Source: Myxococcota bacterium
Lineage (GTDB): Bacteria; Myxococcota_A; SURF-8
Assembly: GCA_963674735.2 (NCBI GenBank)
Contig: CAXXQS010000002.1
Location: forward strand, 1,760,001-1,824,000
Length of the DNA stretch: 64,000 nucleotides
Reading direction: 5' to 3'
Shown here one piece after another: positions 37,955 to 47,779 of the stretch. The notes under the pieces are model-generated. The model saw nothing but the letters and a program-made list of their open reading frames with translations, did no database searches and had not been told where the DNA came from. A program made the position numbers and the translations under genes. Numbering within the stretch: position 1 is the stretch's first letter; the number at the start of each line of letters is the position of its first letter.

Positions 37955-39550
37955 ATGGACCTGCAAGCTATTCCGATTCTGTCGCTACTGACCTTCCTGC
38001 CGCTTCTGGGCGCGCTGCTGGTGGCCCTCATGCCGTCGAAGGAATTCGGCATGATCAAGGTGTTCGCCGTGGCGTGGTCGGCGCTGGTGTTCGTGTTGTC
38101 GCTGCCGCTTCTGGCCGCCTTCGAGCCGGGCACGGCCGCCATGCAGTTCACCGAGATGCAGGACTGGATTCCGGAACTGGGTATCGGCTATCGCGTGGGC
38201 GTGGACGGCATCTCGCTGCTTTTGGTGATGCTGACCACCTTCCTGACGCCGCTGGTGATTCTGTCGGCCTTCTCGGCGGTGGAAAAGGGCATGAAAGGCT
38301 TTATGTTCTCGCTCTTGTTCCTTGAAACCGGCATGCTGGGCACGCTGGTGGCCACCGACATCTTTTTGTTCTACGTCTTTTGGGAACTGATGCTGATCCC
38401 CATGTACTTCCTGATCGGCATCTGGGGCGGAGCCAACCGCATCTATGCCGCGGTGAAATTCTTCATCTACACCATGGTCGGCTCGCTGTTCATGCTGGTC
38501 GCCCTTTTATACCTCTATATGGTGCACGCCGGGCAGTTCGGCGGTTACACCACCGACCTGCTGGCGCTGGCCAAGACCGCCCTGCCAGTCCAGGCGCAGA
38601 TCCTGATGTTCGCCGCCTTCGCGCTGGCGTTCGCCATCAAGGTTCCCATGTTTCCCTTCCACACCTGGTTGCCCGACGCCCATACCGAGGCTCCCACGGC
38701 CGGGTCGGTGATTCTGGCGGGCGTGCTGCTGAAAATGGGTACCTACGGTTTTCTGCGCTTCGCCATTCCGCTCTTCCCGGTGGCGGCCTACTACGCCTTG
38801 CCCTATATCGCGGGGCTGGCGGTGATCGGCATCATCTACGGCGCGTTGGTGGCCATGGTGCAGAAGGACGTCAAACGTCTGGTGGCCTATTCGTCTGTCA
38901 GCCATCTGGGTTTCTGCATGCTGGGCATCGCGGCGATGAACGTGCAGGCCATCGAGGGCTCGATCTACCAGATGCTCAATCACGGTATTTCCACCGGCGC
39001 CCTCTTCCTTCTGGTGGGGGTGATTTACGAACGCCGCCATACGCGGTTGATCAGCGAATTCGGCGGTCTCTCGGCGGTTATGCCCGCCTTCGCCACCGTG
39101 TTCATGATCACCACGCTGAGCTCCATCGGCCTGCCGGGCTTGAACGGTTTTGTGGGCGAGTTTCTGATTCTGGTGGGCAGCTTCAAATCGATGGCCTTGC
39201 CCTACGCCAAAATCTTCACCGTCCTGGCTTCGACGGGCATCCTGCTCGGCGCGGTTTACATGCTGTGGATGTTCCAGCGGGTGATGTTCGGCCCGGTGAC
39301 CAACGAGAAGAACAAGGACTTGAAAGACCTCAACCTGCGCGAGTTCGTGGTGCTGATCCCGCTCGTTCTGTTGATGTTCTTCATGGGTCTTTTCCCCAAT
39401 TATTTTCTGCGTAAGATGGACGCCTCGGTGGAAAACCTGGTGAGCGTGTACCGCGCCAAGGTGACCGCCCAACTGGCCGTCGAATGGCCCGACGAGGCGA
39501 AGCCGCTGACGCTTTCCGAACTGCTCGGAACGTCGGACGACGCAGACTGA
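37955..39550 (+). CDS. nuoM: NADH-quinone oxidoreductase subunit M
   Basis: FYVFWELMLIPMY, PFHTWLPDAHTEAPT, AYSSVSHLG. Confidence 0.96.
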   Translation: MDLQAIPILSLLTFLPLLGALLVALMPSKEFGMIKVFAVAWSALVFVLSLPLLAAFEPGTAAMQFTEMQDWIPELGIGYRVGVDGISLLLVMLTTFLTPLVILSAFSAVEKGMKGFMFSLLFLETGMLGTLVATDIFLFYVFWELMLIPMYFLIGIWGGANRIYAAVKFFIYTMVGSLFMLVALLYLYMVHAGQFGGYTTDLLALAKTALPVQAQILMFAAFALAFAIKVPMFPFHTWLPDAHTEAPTAGSVILAGVLLKMGTYGFLRFAIPLFPVAAYYALPYIAGLAVIGIIYGALVAMVQKDVKRLVAYSSVSHLGFCMLGIAAMNVQAIEGSIYQMLNHGISTGALFLLVGVIYERRHTRLISEFGGLSAVMPAFATVFMITTLSSIGLPGLNGFVGEFLILVGSFKSMALPYAKIFTVLASTGILLGAVYMLWMFQRVMFGPVTNEKNKDLKDLNLREFVVLIPLVLLMFFMGLFPNYFLRKMDASVENLVSVYRAKVTAQLAVEWPDEAKPLTLSELLGTSDDAD

Positions 39551-39602
39551 GACGCGCCGCTTTTGGCGGAGCGGACAACGAAGAAGGTAAGGAGCTGACT
39601 CG

Positions 39603-41090
39603 ATGCCGATCGTGTTTACCCCAGCCGATCTGATGCATGTGCTGCCGTGGATCGTAGTCGTGGCCTTCGCCATCGCCGTGCCGGTGCTCGACGTGTTTGC
39701 GCACGCCGAAACCAACCGTGCCTACGCCGGTTATCTGGCGTTGGTGGGGATCGGGGCGGCGTTTGCGCTGACCTTGTGGCAATGGGGCGCGCCCCCGACC
39801 TCGGCTTTCGGCGGGATGCTGCGTGTGGACGCCTTCGGGCTGTTTTTCAACGCGCTGCTGCTGGCGGCGGCGGGTGTGACCGTGTTGCTGGGCATCGGCT
39901 TTTTCCACGAGCACGGCTTGCATCGCGGCGAGTTCTACGGCCTGTTGCTGATGGCGCTGTCCGGCATGATGCTGATGGGCATGGCCAGCGACCTGCTGGC
40001 GTTTTTCGTCGCTCTGGAACTGATGTCGATTCCCATCTACGTGCTGGCGGCCTTCCAACGTCACTTGAATCAGAGCGTGGAGGCGGCGCTGAAGTATTTC
40101 CTGATGGGCGCGTTCTCCACCGCCTTTCTGCTCTTCGGGATCGCCTTCGTATATGGCGCGGTGGGCGCGACCGGTTACGACGCGGTGATGCAGTTCATCG
40201 CGGCCAAGGGCGTGACGGGCTCGGCCTTTTTGCCCCTGGGCATGATTTTCATCCTGATCGGTTTCGCCTTCAAAGTGGCGGCGGTGCCCTTCCACATGTG
40301 GACGCCCGATGTTTACGAGGGCGCGCCGACGGTGGTCACGGGCTTTATGGCCACGGCGGTCAAGGCGGCGGCCTTTGCGGCTTTCCTGCGGCTGTTCATC
40401 ACCGTGTTTTACGACATGAAGCTGGTGGGCTTCGGCTGGTTCCACATCCTGTGGGTGCTGGCGGTGGCCACCATGACGCTGGGTAACTTGACGGCCCTGA
40501 TGCAGGACAACATCAAGCGTATGCTGGCCTATTCGTCCATCGCTCATGCGGGTTATCTGCTGGTCGGTTTTCTTTCCATCACCCGGTCGCCCGACAACAA
40601 CGGCGCGGCGTCGCTCTTGTTTTACCTGGTGGCTTATGCGGCCATGAACCTGGGCGCGTTCGGAGTGGTGATCCTGGCCGGACGGCGCGACAAGGAAAAC
40701 CTGCTGGTTTCGAAGGGCTGGGCGGGCTTCGGCTTCCGCGCTCCGGCGCTGGGTGTCGCCATGACGATTTTCATGCTGAGCCTGGCGGGCGTGCCGCCGA
40801 CGGCCGGTTTCATGGGCAAGTTTTACGTGTTCAAATCGGCCATCGACCAGGGGCTGGTGCTGATCGCCGTGATCGGCGTGATCAACTCGTTGCTGTCGGT
40901 GTATTACTACCTGCGCATCCTGGTTTTCATGTATATGAAGCCCGCCGAAGAGGGCGCGGAGCTTGCGCCGCTTCGGTCCATGCCGGTGCAGGTGGCGGTG
41001 GTGATCGCGGTGGTGGCGACGCTGCAACTGGGCTTGCTGCCGTCGAGCTTCCTGGTTGCCGCGCAGACGGCCGTGCGCTCCCTGTTCTAA
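39603..41090 (+). CDS. nuoN: NADH-quinone oxidoreductase subunit N
   Basis: EAALKYFLMG, FKVAAVPFHMWTPDVYEGAP, KRMLAYSSIAHAG. Confidence 0.96.
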   Translation: MPIVFTPADLMHVLPWIVVVAFAIAVPVLDVFAHAETNRAYAGYLALVGIGAAFALTLWQWGAPPTSAFGGMLRVDAFGLFFNALLLAAAGVTVLLGIGFFHEHGLHRGEFYGLLLMALSGMMLMGMASDLLAFFVALELMSIPIYVLAAFQRHLNQSVEAALKYFLMGAFSTAFLLFGIAFVYGAVGATGYDAVMQFIAAKGVTGSAFLPLGMIFILIGFAFKVAAVPFHMWTPDVYEGAPTVVTGFMATAVKAAAFAAFLRLFITVFYDMKLVGFGWFHILWVLAVATMTLGNLTALMQDNIKRMLAYSSIAHAGYLLVGFLSITRSPDNNGAASLLFYLVAYAAMNLGAFGVVILAGRRDKENLLVSKGWAGFGFRAPALGVAMTIFMLSLAGVPPTAGFMGKFYVFKSAIDQGLVLIAVIGVINSLLSVYYYLRILVFMYMKPAEEGAELAPLRSMPVQVAVVIAVVATLQLGLLPSSFLVAAQTAVRSLF

Positions 41091-41278
41091 CCCAATCTGC
41101 AGGCGGGTCGCACTCGCGGCTTTGCGCCTTTTCGCTTTCTACCGGTTGCACCCGGTGACCATTCTGCCCAGTGGGGACCCCCGGCCCGTAAGGGCCGGGT
41201 CGAGGTTTATGGGGGAACCGCATCGCGGAAGGCTGCGCTTGTAATCGTGGAGCCCGTCGAGGGTGCACGCTGGAACAA

Positions 41279-41460
41279 CACGGCGTTTCAATTCTAAGCT
41301 TTTCACCATTTTCCACCCACTATAATTCGGCTTACGGGTGCCATGGGCCAAGCCTTTGGCTTGCCCATGCTGTTTTCACGGGCAAACCTGACGGTTTAGC
41401 CCGTGCCACCCATCACCAATCGAAGATAATTCGAGACTCAATCAGAATTGAAACGCCCTA
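41279..41460 (-). mobile_element. MITE copy 3
   Basis: Near-identical reverse complement of copy 1; 10-bp target duplication GCTGGAACAA. Confidence 0.9.
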
Positions 41461-41505
41461 GCTGGAACAAACAATACATAGACAAAATTATATTACTAAG
41501 CATAA

Positions 41506-42600
41506 TTGCTACATGAATCACAAAAACGTAGAGTGGGGATGATAGATATTATTCTGAATTCCTTAAATGAGATTATTAAAAAAACAGTCTCGGAGTTGAT
41601 AACGATCATGTTTGACTTCATTAAAACGTCTGCGGCTTTCTGCGCCATTATTGCTGGAATATTTGTTGCTTATAATCATTTATTCAGCTTTAGCGAGTTA
41701 CCTACATCTGATCGTATTTTTGGTGCCTTGCAACCTAGATCGATTGGTTCTATTAAACTGGATGCCGCTTCCGGTGGACAGTGGGAAGTAATCCTGCATG
41801 CGCTGGAAGACACCACTGAAGAAAGCAAGTTTTTCGAAAGATCCATACTTGCTTTCGCCTTTCCTATCCACGTTTATTTTATAACCGTGGGTGATGATAA
41901 TTCATATTCTGATGCTGAAAATGAAGGCATTGATGATTACATGGTTCTTATGTTTCTAAGTCGTGGATCGGTGTTTGTAAATTATATGATAAGAGTATTT
42001 TGTTCTGTAACAAGCAGTTCCATTTTTCGTGACACCTTAATTATCTTGCCCGACGAGATCGATAATCCGTATTTTGCGATGCACAATAACCTGCTTATCG
42101 GAAGTACGAGTTTGGAAATGATCAATGATCAATTGACGAGAATTGCAGATATTTGGGAGAAATCACCGAGGTCCAAAGCCAGACAAAATTATGGACTAAG
42201 TGAAAAATATATGAAAGAACATGTGGTAGTCTCTATGACGTCTCATGATATCAAAAGTGTTGTCGAATTAGTCAAAGGAGAAAATGGTAGAAATGATTTG
42301 CTCGAAGAAAATTGTGGTGATGATTCTCAGGGTGATAAAAAATGCCTAGCAACCAAGGTTCTTTTTAGTATGGTTGAAAATTGTAAGCGGTCGAACTTTG
42401 AGGGAAGTATTACCTATAAATCAGAATTAGCGGGTAACATTACATGTTGCAATGATAGAAAAGACTCAAGAAATAACCAGGAAGCAATGTATCAGATAAT
42501 AGCCCTGCTCAAGTCCGATCATGAAGGTGTTGAATTTGAAATAGGCGAAACCGTATTTGACAAAGAAGTGAGGCATCGTCTGAAGTTTCATATGAAGTAG
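41506..42600 (+). CDS. AT-rich hypothetical protein (start uncertain; N-terminal TM near 41588)
   Basis: 364-codon ORF in a markedly AT-rich stretch; no recognisable motif. Confidence 0.55.
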   Translation: MLHESQKRRVGMIDIILNSLNEIIKKTVSELITIMFDFIKTSAAFCAIIAGIFVAYNHLFSFSELPTSDRIFGALQPRSIGSIKLDAASGGQWEVILHALEDTTEESKFFERSILAFAFPIHVYFITVGDDNSYSDAENEGIDDYMVLMFLSRGSVFVNYMIRVFCSVTSSSIFRDTLIILPDEIDNPYFAMHNNLLIGSTSLEMINDQLTRIADIWEKSPRSKARQNYGLSEKYMKEHVVVSMTSHDIKSVVELVKGENGRNDLLEENCGDDSQGDKKCLATKVLFSMVENCKRSNFEGSITYKSELAGNITCCNDRKDSRNNQEAMYQIIALLKSDHEGVEFEIGETVFDKEVRHRLKFHMK

Positions 42601-42798
42601 CCTTTAACTATATTTCAACCTGCAGCGTGCCTACGGCGGGCTCCAGACCCTAAAAGCTCCCCTTCGCCTCTGCAAGTTATTGATATTAAAAGAAGAAAAC
42701 CCGATTTTAGCGGCGAATGGCAGTCGTATCTCGACGCCATTCGGGTGAAACTGAAATACCCGTGTTATTTCAACGAGATAAATCATCCTCTCTCGATT

Positions 42799-42826
42799 AT
42801 GTCTAATATAATATATTATGTATATA
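42799..42826 (+). other. Possible dif-like XerC/D site
   Basis: ATGTCTAATAT-AATATA-TTATGTATATA resembles the 11-6-11 dif layout with a TTATGT XerD arm; the left arm is imperfect. Confidence 0.3.
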
Positions 42827-43237
42827 GTAGCGAGGTCTGCTTTTGCGCCCGAAATCAGGCTGTCCGGTGGCGCTTTCGGACTGAAGGCCTGAACGACCGG
42901 CACGAATTCATCCCCGATTGACGGGGCCTCTCGCATTTAAAGCGAAATCGGGGAGAGAGCGGACGGCCATCCTCCGAGCAACGGCGGTCGAGGAAGCAGC
43001 GGTGCAGGTGTGACGTATTACGGCAATCCTAGTAAAGCCAGGGGATTCCTACTTTACCCCCCGGCGTGCGGCTGAAAAAGCCAATGATTTCGCGAAAAGC
43101 GGCAACGGCGCAGCGGGCGTATCGAGCGCATCGAGCGCATCGAGCGAAAATAAGGGGAAACCGGCCACGCGGTGCAAACGCGCAGGCGACGCAAAACGCG
43201 AAAAACGCCCCGGCGAACAGGCGGCGTCCGCACGGCT

Positions 43238-44149
43238 TCAGACTTTGGATCGCGGGTGGGCTTTTTCATAGATGCGCCGGATGGCGGCACGGTCGAGATG
43301 GGTGTAAATCTCCGTGGTGGCGATGTCGGCGTGCCCCAACAGCGCCTGCACCGCGCGCAGATCCGCTCCGCCTTCCAACAGGTGCGTGGCGAAACTATGG
43401 CGCAAAATGTGGGGACTGATGCGCCGCTTCAAGCCCGCCTTCAAGGCCAACTTGTCCAGCAGTTTGGTGATTGCGTCGCGCGTGAGCCGCCGCCCGCGCA
43501 CCGATACAAACAGCGCCGGACTCAACTCCACCCCGCGTAACAGCGTCGGTCGCGCATGGGTGAGATAGGAGTCAAGAGCCTCCAGCGCCGCGTCGCCCAG
43601 AGGGGCCAGACGCTCCTTGCCGCCCTTGCCGAAAACCTTCAGCAGGCCCGCCTGTGCGTCGAGATGCTGCAGATTCAGGCCCACCAGTTCCGAGACGCGC
43701 AGCCCGCCGCCGTAAAGCGTTTCGACGATCGCCGTGTCACGCAGGCCCAGCGGCGTGTCGCGTCCCGGCGCTTCCAGCAGACGCTCGACTTCGTCGAACG
43801 ACAGCACGTGGGGTAACGGTCGCGGCAGTTTGGGCGGAGCCAGATCGGGAGTGGGGTCGTGCTCGCAGCGGCGATCCTTCACCAGAAAACGATGGAACCC
43901 GCGAATGGCGCTGGTCATGCGGGCGCGCGTGCGGGGCGACAAACCGCGCGCGGCCAGCTGCTGCAGGTAGGCCGACAGCTTTTCGCGCGTCGCCGCAGCG
44001 GGGGACTCGATTGCTTCCTGTAACATATAGGATACATAGACGGTCAGGTCGCGGCTGTAAGCCGCCAGGGTGTTGGGCGACAGACGGCGCTCCACCTTCA
44101 GGTGAGCCAGGTAAAGATCCAGTGCACGGTCCCAGTCGATGGGCCCCAT
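43238..44149 (-). CDS. xerD: Site-specific tyrosine recombinase XerD
   Basis: ERRLSPNTLAAYSRDL, RDTAIVETLYGGGLRVSEL, GKGGKER, SPHILRHSFATHLLEGGADLR, LGHADIATTEIYTH. Confidence 0.9.
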   Translation of the reverse strand: MGPIDWDRALDLYLAHLKVERRLSPNTLAAYSRDLTVYVSYMLQEAIESPAAATREKLSAYLQQLAARGLSPRTRARMTSAIRGFHRFLVKDRRCEHDPTPDLAPPKLPRPLPHVLSFDEVERLLEAPGRDTPLGLRDTAIVETLYGGGLRVSELVGLNLQHLDAQAGLLKVFGKGGKERLAPLGDAALEALDSYLTHARPTLLRGVELSPALFVSVRGRRLTRDAITKLLDKLALKAGLKRRISPHILRHSFATHLLEGGADLRAVQALLGHADIATTEIYTHLDRAAIRRIYEKAHPRSKV

Positions 44150-44173
44150 TTTCGTCGCTCCTTGCTTGCGCGA

Positions 44174-45073
44174 TCAATCCTGTCCGGACTGCCGCATCTG
44201 AATCGACTCGGGTTCCCGCAGCGGGATGGGTTCCTCGATGACCCGCGCCTCGTAGTCGCGGCCGTGCTCCAGAAGCTCCAGGTCGTAAAGCGAGGACATG
44301 GCGCGCACGATACCCAGCGGCGCGACGCGTTGGTGGGACCACAGTTCGACGATGGTATCGCCCGACGAACTGTAGCGCCCGCGCACGGCGTCGAAGCGGC
44401 CCGCTTCCACTTCGAGGCGTTCCTTGCCCAATTCGACGTAGCGGCCGGGATGTTTTTGACTGAGCGTGTATCCATACCCGGCCGGACGCAGCTCCACCGG
44501 CGGATGGTCGCCGGTTTTGACGATCAAGCGATGTACCGGCGGCGCGCTCAGATTCTCCGGATCGTACAGGATACGCAAAACCACCGGCACACCCGAGCGG
44601 CTTTCGGTGGTGATTTCCAGCCAGACGGCGCTTGAGGAACGGCTCGGTTCGGGTCCGGCGACACCCACTTCGATTTCGCGCACGCGGCGCGTGAGCTTGT
44701 CTTCAAAACGGTAGCGGGACCATACGCCGGGTGTCAGTCGCAGGCTGGGCGAGAGTTCAAGCAGAAGAGTTGAGGGCGAAGCCGCGTTCGCGGCAGCGCC
44801 CGAGGCGCGGCCGTTGCGTTTTCTCGCCCGGCGGGTAGCTGGCGTGCCTTCGTCGGGGGCTGCCGCCTCGACGGACGTCGCAGGATTGCCGGACGGTGCA
44901 GGAATGTCGGACGGCGTGTCGGCGGTCGGCGCATGTTCCGCGCTTGGAGTTGCCTCGACGGCGGGGAGTGGGGCGTCGACGGTTTGCGCCAGCGAAACCG
45001 GCATGAGCGATACGCAGGCCCAAAGGAGAAACACGATGGACGCAAACCGCGCGAGAATCCGTTTACCGCTCAT
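44174..45073 (-). CDS. Hypothetical secreted protein with Pro/Ala-rich linker
   Basis: Signal peptide, low-complexity linker, beta-rich C-terminus (ERLEVEAGRFDA); overlaps the TolC-family stop. Confidence 0.65.
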   Translation of the reverse strand: MSGKRILARFASIVFLLWACVSLMPVSLAQTVDAPLPAVEATPSAEHAPTADTPSDIPAPSGNPATSVEAAAPDEGTPATRRARKRNGRASGAAANAASPSTLLLELSPSLRLTPGVWSRYRFEDKLTRRVREIEVGVAGPEPSRSSSAVWLEITTESRSGVPVVLRILYDPENLSAPPVHRLIVKTGDHPPVELRPAGYGYTLSQKHPGRYVELGKERLEVEAGRFDAVRGRYSSSGDTIVELWSHQRVAPLGIVRAMSSLYDLELLEHGRDYEARVIEEPIPLREPESIQMRQSGQD

Positions 45074-46463
45074 CGTTGGCCTCCACTTGCAGGTACAGAC
45101 CGAGGCGCTGCCGCAAAGTCAGCACGCTCAGTTTTTCGCTCAATTCATCCACGGCCAGAGACTGTTCGGCCTGCAACAAGGCGGTCGAGGCGTCGAGCAT
45201 ACTGAGGTTGTCGGCCAGGCCCACGCCGTATTGACGTTTGATCAGGCGGTAGTTTTCCTTGGCCAGTTCGGCCTTGGTGCGGCTGGCGAGAAGCTGGGAA
45301 TGGGCATCCTCCCGTTTCAACCAGGCTTCGCGCACCTCGTTGGCGATCTGGTCGCGCAAACGGCGGCTGGCCAGACGCGCCGAGCGGATGCGCGAGCGGC
45401 GTTCGCGGATATCGGCGATTTTGCGGCTACCCTCGAACAACGGCCACTCGGCGACGAACATCACGCGCCAACTGGTTTCATCGCCCGAAAAGCCGGAGGC
45501 GCTGGTCCAATCATAACTGCCTTGAACGTAGGTATTGGGGAGAAAGCCCAGCCAGGCTTCCAGCTCGCTGCGTTCGGCGATGGCGATAGTCTGTTCGGCG
45601 GCGCGCAAATCTTCGCGGGTTTCCACGGCTTGTTTCACCCAATCTTTTTTCTGCGCTTCGGGAAGGGCGGGTGCGGCGGGCGGCGTCAGAACCAGCGGCG
45701 GTGTCACCCCGATCAGAAAGCCGAGGGCTTGTTGAGCCAGCTGATAGCCGGTATGGGCCTGGATGCGCACTTTTTCCGCGTCGGCGCGTTCCATTTTGGC
45801 GCGCAAAACGTCCACCTCGATGCCCGCCCCCACCTTGAACCGATTTTGGGCCAGTTTGAGGTATTCATCGGCGCGTTCGAGCCCTTTTTCGGCTACGGCG
45901 GTGAGCTTTTCGGCTTGTACCACCGCGTAATAGGCGGCCGCCACCGCGTAAAACAATTCGGCGCGGGCGTGGCGTGCCTGGCGGCGGGCGGTTTGATAGG
46001 ACGCATGTCCGTTGATGATGAGCGGAATGCTGCGCGGGCTCAACAGCGTCATGCTGGCGGTCAACCCGGCGCTGCGCATCCAGCGTTCCTGAATGACGAT
46101 CTGCCGGGTGGCGGCCAATTCGTCGCACAGCGCTTGATCGCCGGCGGTGCAGCCCGCGTCCAGCGCCGCCAAGTCGCCGTCGGACGGTAATTTCACTTCG
46201 CTGTCGTTGCGCGTGATGGCGGCATTGGCTCCCAGATTGGGCAACAGCACCGACCAGGCGCGTTGGATCCCCACTTCGGCGCGCAAAACCACTTCGTCGA
46301 TTTCTTTCAGATCCGGGTTGTTGGCGGCCGCCAGTTTGAGTGCGTCATCAAGCGTCAAGGCTTGTGTGTCGGTCGCCCCGGCCAAGCCGAGCGGAGCCAG
46401 CCAAAGCAAGGTCGAAACCAGCAGCGTCCATCCGTATAAACCGATTCGAGTTCCAGCAACCAT
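45063..46463 (-). CDS. TolC-family outer membrane efflux protein
   Basis: LTLDDALKLAAANNPDL, two OEP repeats, WPLFEG, RQYGVG. Confidence 0.88.
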   Translation of the reverse strand: MVAGTRIGLYGWTLLVSTLLWLAPLGLAGATDTQALTLDDALKLAAANNPDLKEIDEVVLRAEVGIQRAWSVLLPNLGANAAITRNDSEVKLPSDGDLAALDAGCTAGDQALCDELAATRQIVIQERWMRSAGLTASMTLLSPRSIPLIINGHASYQTARRQARHARAELFYAVAAAYYAVVQAEKLTAVAEKGLERADEYLKLAQNRFKVGAGIEVDVLRAKMERADAEKVRIQAHTGYQLAQQALGFLIGVTPPLVLTPPAAPALPEAQKKDWVKQAVETREDLRAAEQTIAIAERSELEAWLGFLPNTYVQGSYDWTSASGFSGDETSWRVMFVAEWPLFEGSRKIADIRERRSRIRSARLASRRLRDQIANEVREAWLKREDAHSQLLASRTKAELAKENYRLIKRQYGVGLADNLSMLDASTALLQAEQSLAVDELSEKLSVLTLRQRLGLYLQVEANDER

Positions 46464-46775
46464 CGTCGATCGCCTCCATATTGGGTTTTCGCTTCGCGGA
46501 GCTTAGCATTTTTAGCTTTAAAAGGCTACCGTTGAGCTTAAGGACAAAACGCAGGAGATTTCGCCCCTGCGCCATTCGGTCGACAGGATCGAATCCGAAT
46601 CTGCAATATTGGGGTAATCTCCTTGAAATTATAGAGGAATTGTTCCGGAAACGGAACGCAATTGCCGGGTGTTCGAGCTAAATTAACTTGCCTTTTTCTT
46701 AAAAATCCCTATCATGGTGGCAATGGGGGAAGGGGCCGTTTCGGGGGTAAGCATCATTTGGCTTGATGGAAAGAA

Positions 46776-47462
46776 GTGATGAGTCAACACCAATTCGCCA
46801 TTCGAGTAAATGGCCGAACGCTCGGCGTGAAAGACGTGCAGCAGCTGGCCCGTCTGATCACGAAGGGATCGTTGGGTCCGAACGATAAGGTTTTCAGCCT
46901 TTCCGACAAGCGCTGGCTGTCGGCTACGGATATTCCCGGCTTGAATGCGCGGCTTGAAGGCGGCGGCGAGTCGGATGTCTTCACGATCGACGAAGACGAT
47001 ATTCAGGTCGAGCCGGTTGTAGAAGCCGCTCCGATCAAACCTGAACCCATTTCAGTCAAGCCTAAAGCCGATGCCGTGGCGGTCGATCCCGATCGTACCC
47101 TCACCGGTCAGGCGCTCAACTCTCTGCTCGACAATCTGGACGGGGGTGTGGAAGAAGAAAGCGAAAGCATCAGTCCCAGCGAGCCGTCTCTGTCATCCAA
47201 GACCATTCACAAAATGTCTTCCTCCAATAAACGCAGCACCCGGCTCACCGATGCCGTGGTGGCCGCGAAGGTTCCCAATCCCGAAGGGCGTCGCATCGGC
47301 TTGGACAAGGCCGCCGTCTTTGTGGCCGTGATGGCTTTGTTGTTCGGGATGGCGGTCGGCTTGTTCGGCTCCACGCTGGTTCTTTCCAACGGCGATGGAC
47401 AAACGGGAGCCGCCATTTTACAGGCCCAAACGCCGAGTTCGTCGTCGAGCGACACCAACTAA
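46776..47462 (+). CDS. Hypothetical protein, GYF_2/DUF4339-like N-terminus and C-terminal TM
   Basis: FAIRVNGRTLG...LARLITKGSLGPNDKVF...WLSA; hydrophobic helix near the C-terminus. Confidence 0.55.
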   Translation: MMSQHQFAIRVNGRTLGVKDVQQLARLITKGSLGPNDKVFSLSDKRWLSATDIPGLNARLEGGGESDVFTIDEDDIQVEPVVEAAPIKPEPISVKPKADAVAVDPDRTLTGQALNSLLDNLDGGVEEESESISPSEPSLSSKTIHKMSSSNKRSTRLTDAVVAAKVPNPEGRRIGLDKAAVFVAVMALLFGMAVGLFGSTLVLSNGDGQTGAAILQAQTPSSSSSDTN

Positions 47463-47779
47463 ACGAAATCACGAAAAAACAAGTGGGGGAGAGCCTGCCG
47501 GAAAGGCGGGAATCAGTGGCTTTGCCTTGTTTGGCATCTGTGGCGATCGCGATAAACCAGCGGATTGCCGTTTTGCCTGATTTCGCTCATTGTCGGAATC
47601 GATTTGTACGATTAACCTATACATGAGGTGCCAATTATTGCTTGGATGTGTTAATAATATGTACAGACAGAAAAATAAAATGTAAATAATTAAAATTTAT
47701 GCTTGAAATGTCGATATGGATATTGTACAGTGTAGTTGGGTGGAAGAAGTATCACCCGCGCAGGAAAGAGAGGTAGGTT

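Noticed and set aside
31014-41460. nuo operon bracketed by two same-orientation MITEs, suggesting a composite transposon
   Set aside because: Each MITE has its own distinct target duplication on both sides (TTCCCATCGG; GCTGGAACAA), so these are independent insertions.
43117-43146. Short 9-bp tandem repeat (GCGCATCGA x3) downstream of xerD
   Set aside because: Only three units, intergenic, with no evidence of function.
43238-44149. Tyrosine recombinase as the integrase for the protease cassettes
   Set aside because: It has housekeeping XerD signatures, lies ~37 kb away, and the 18-bp cassette core does not resemble a Xer site.
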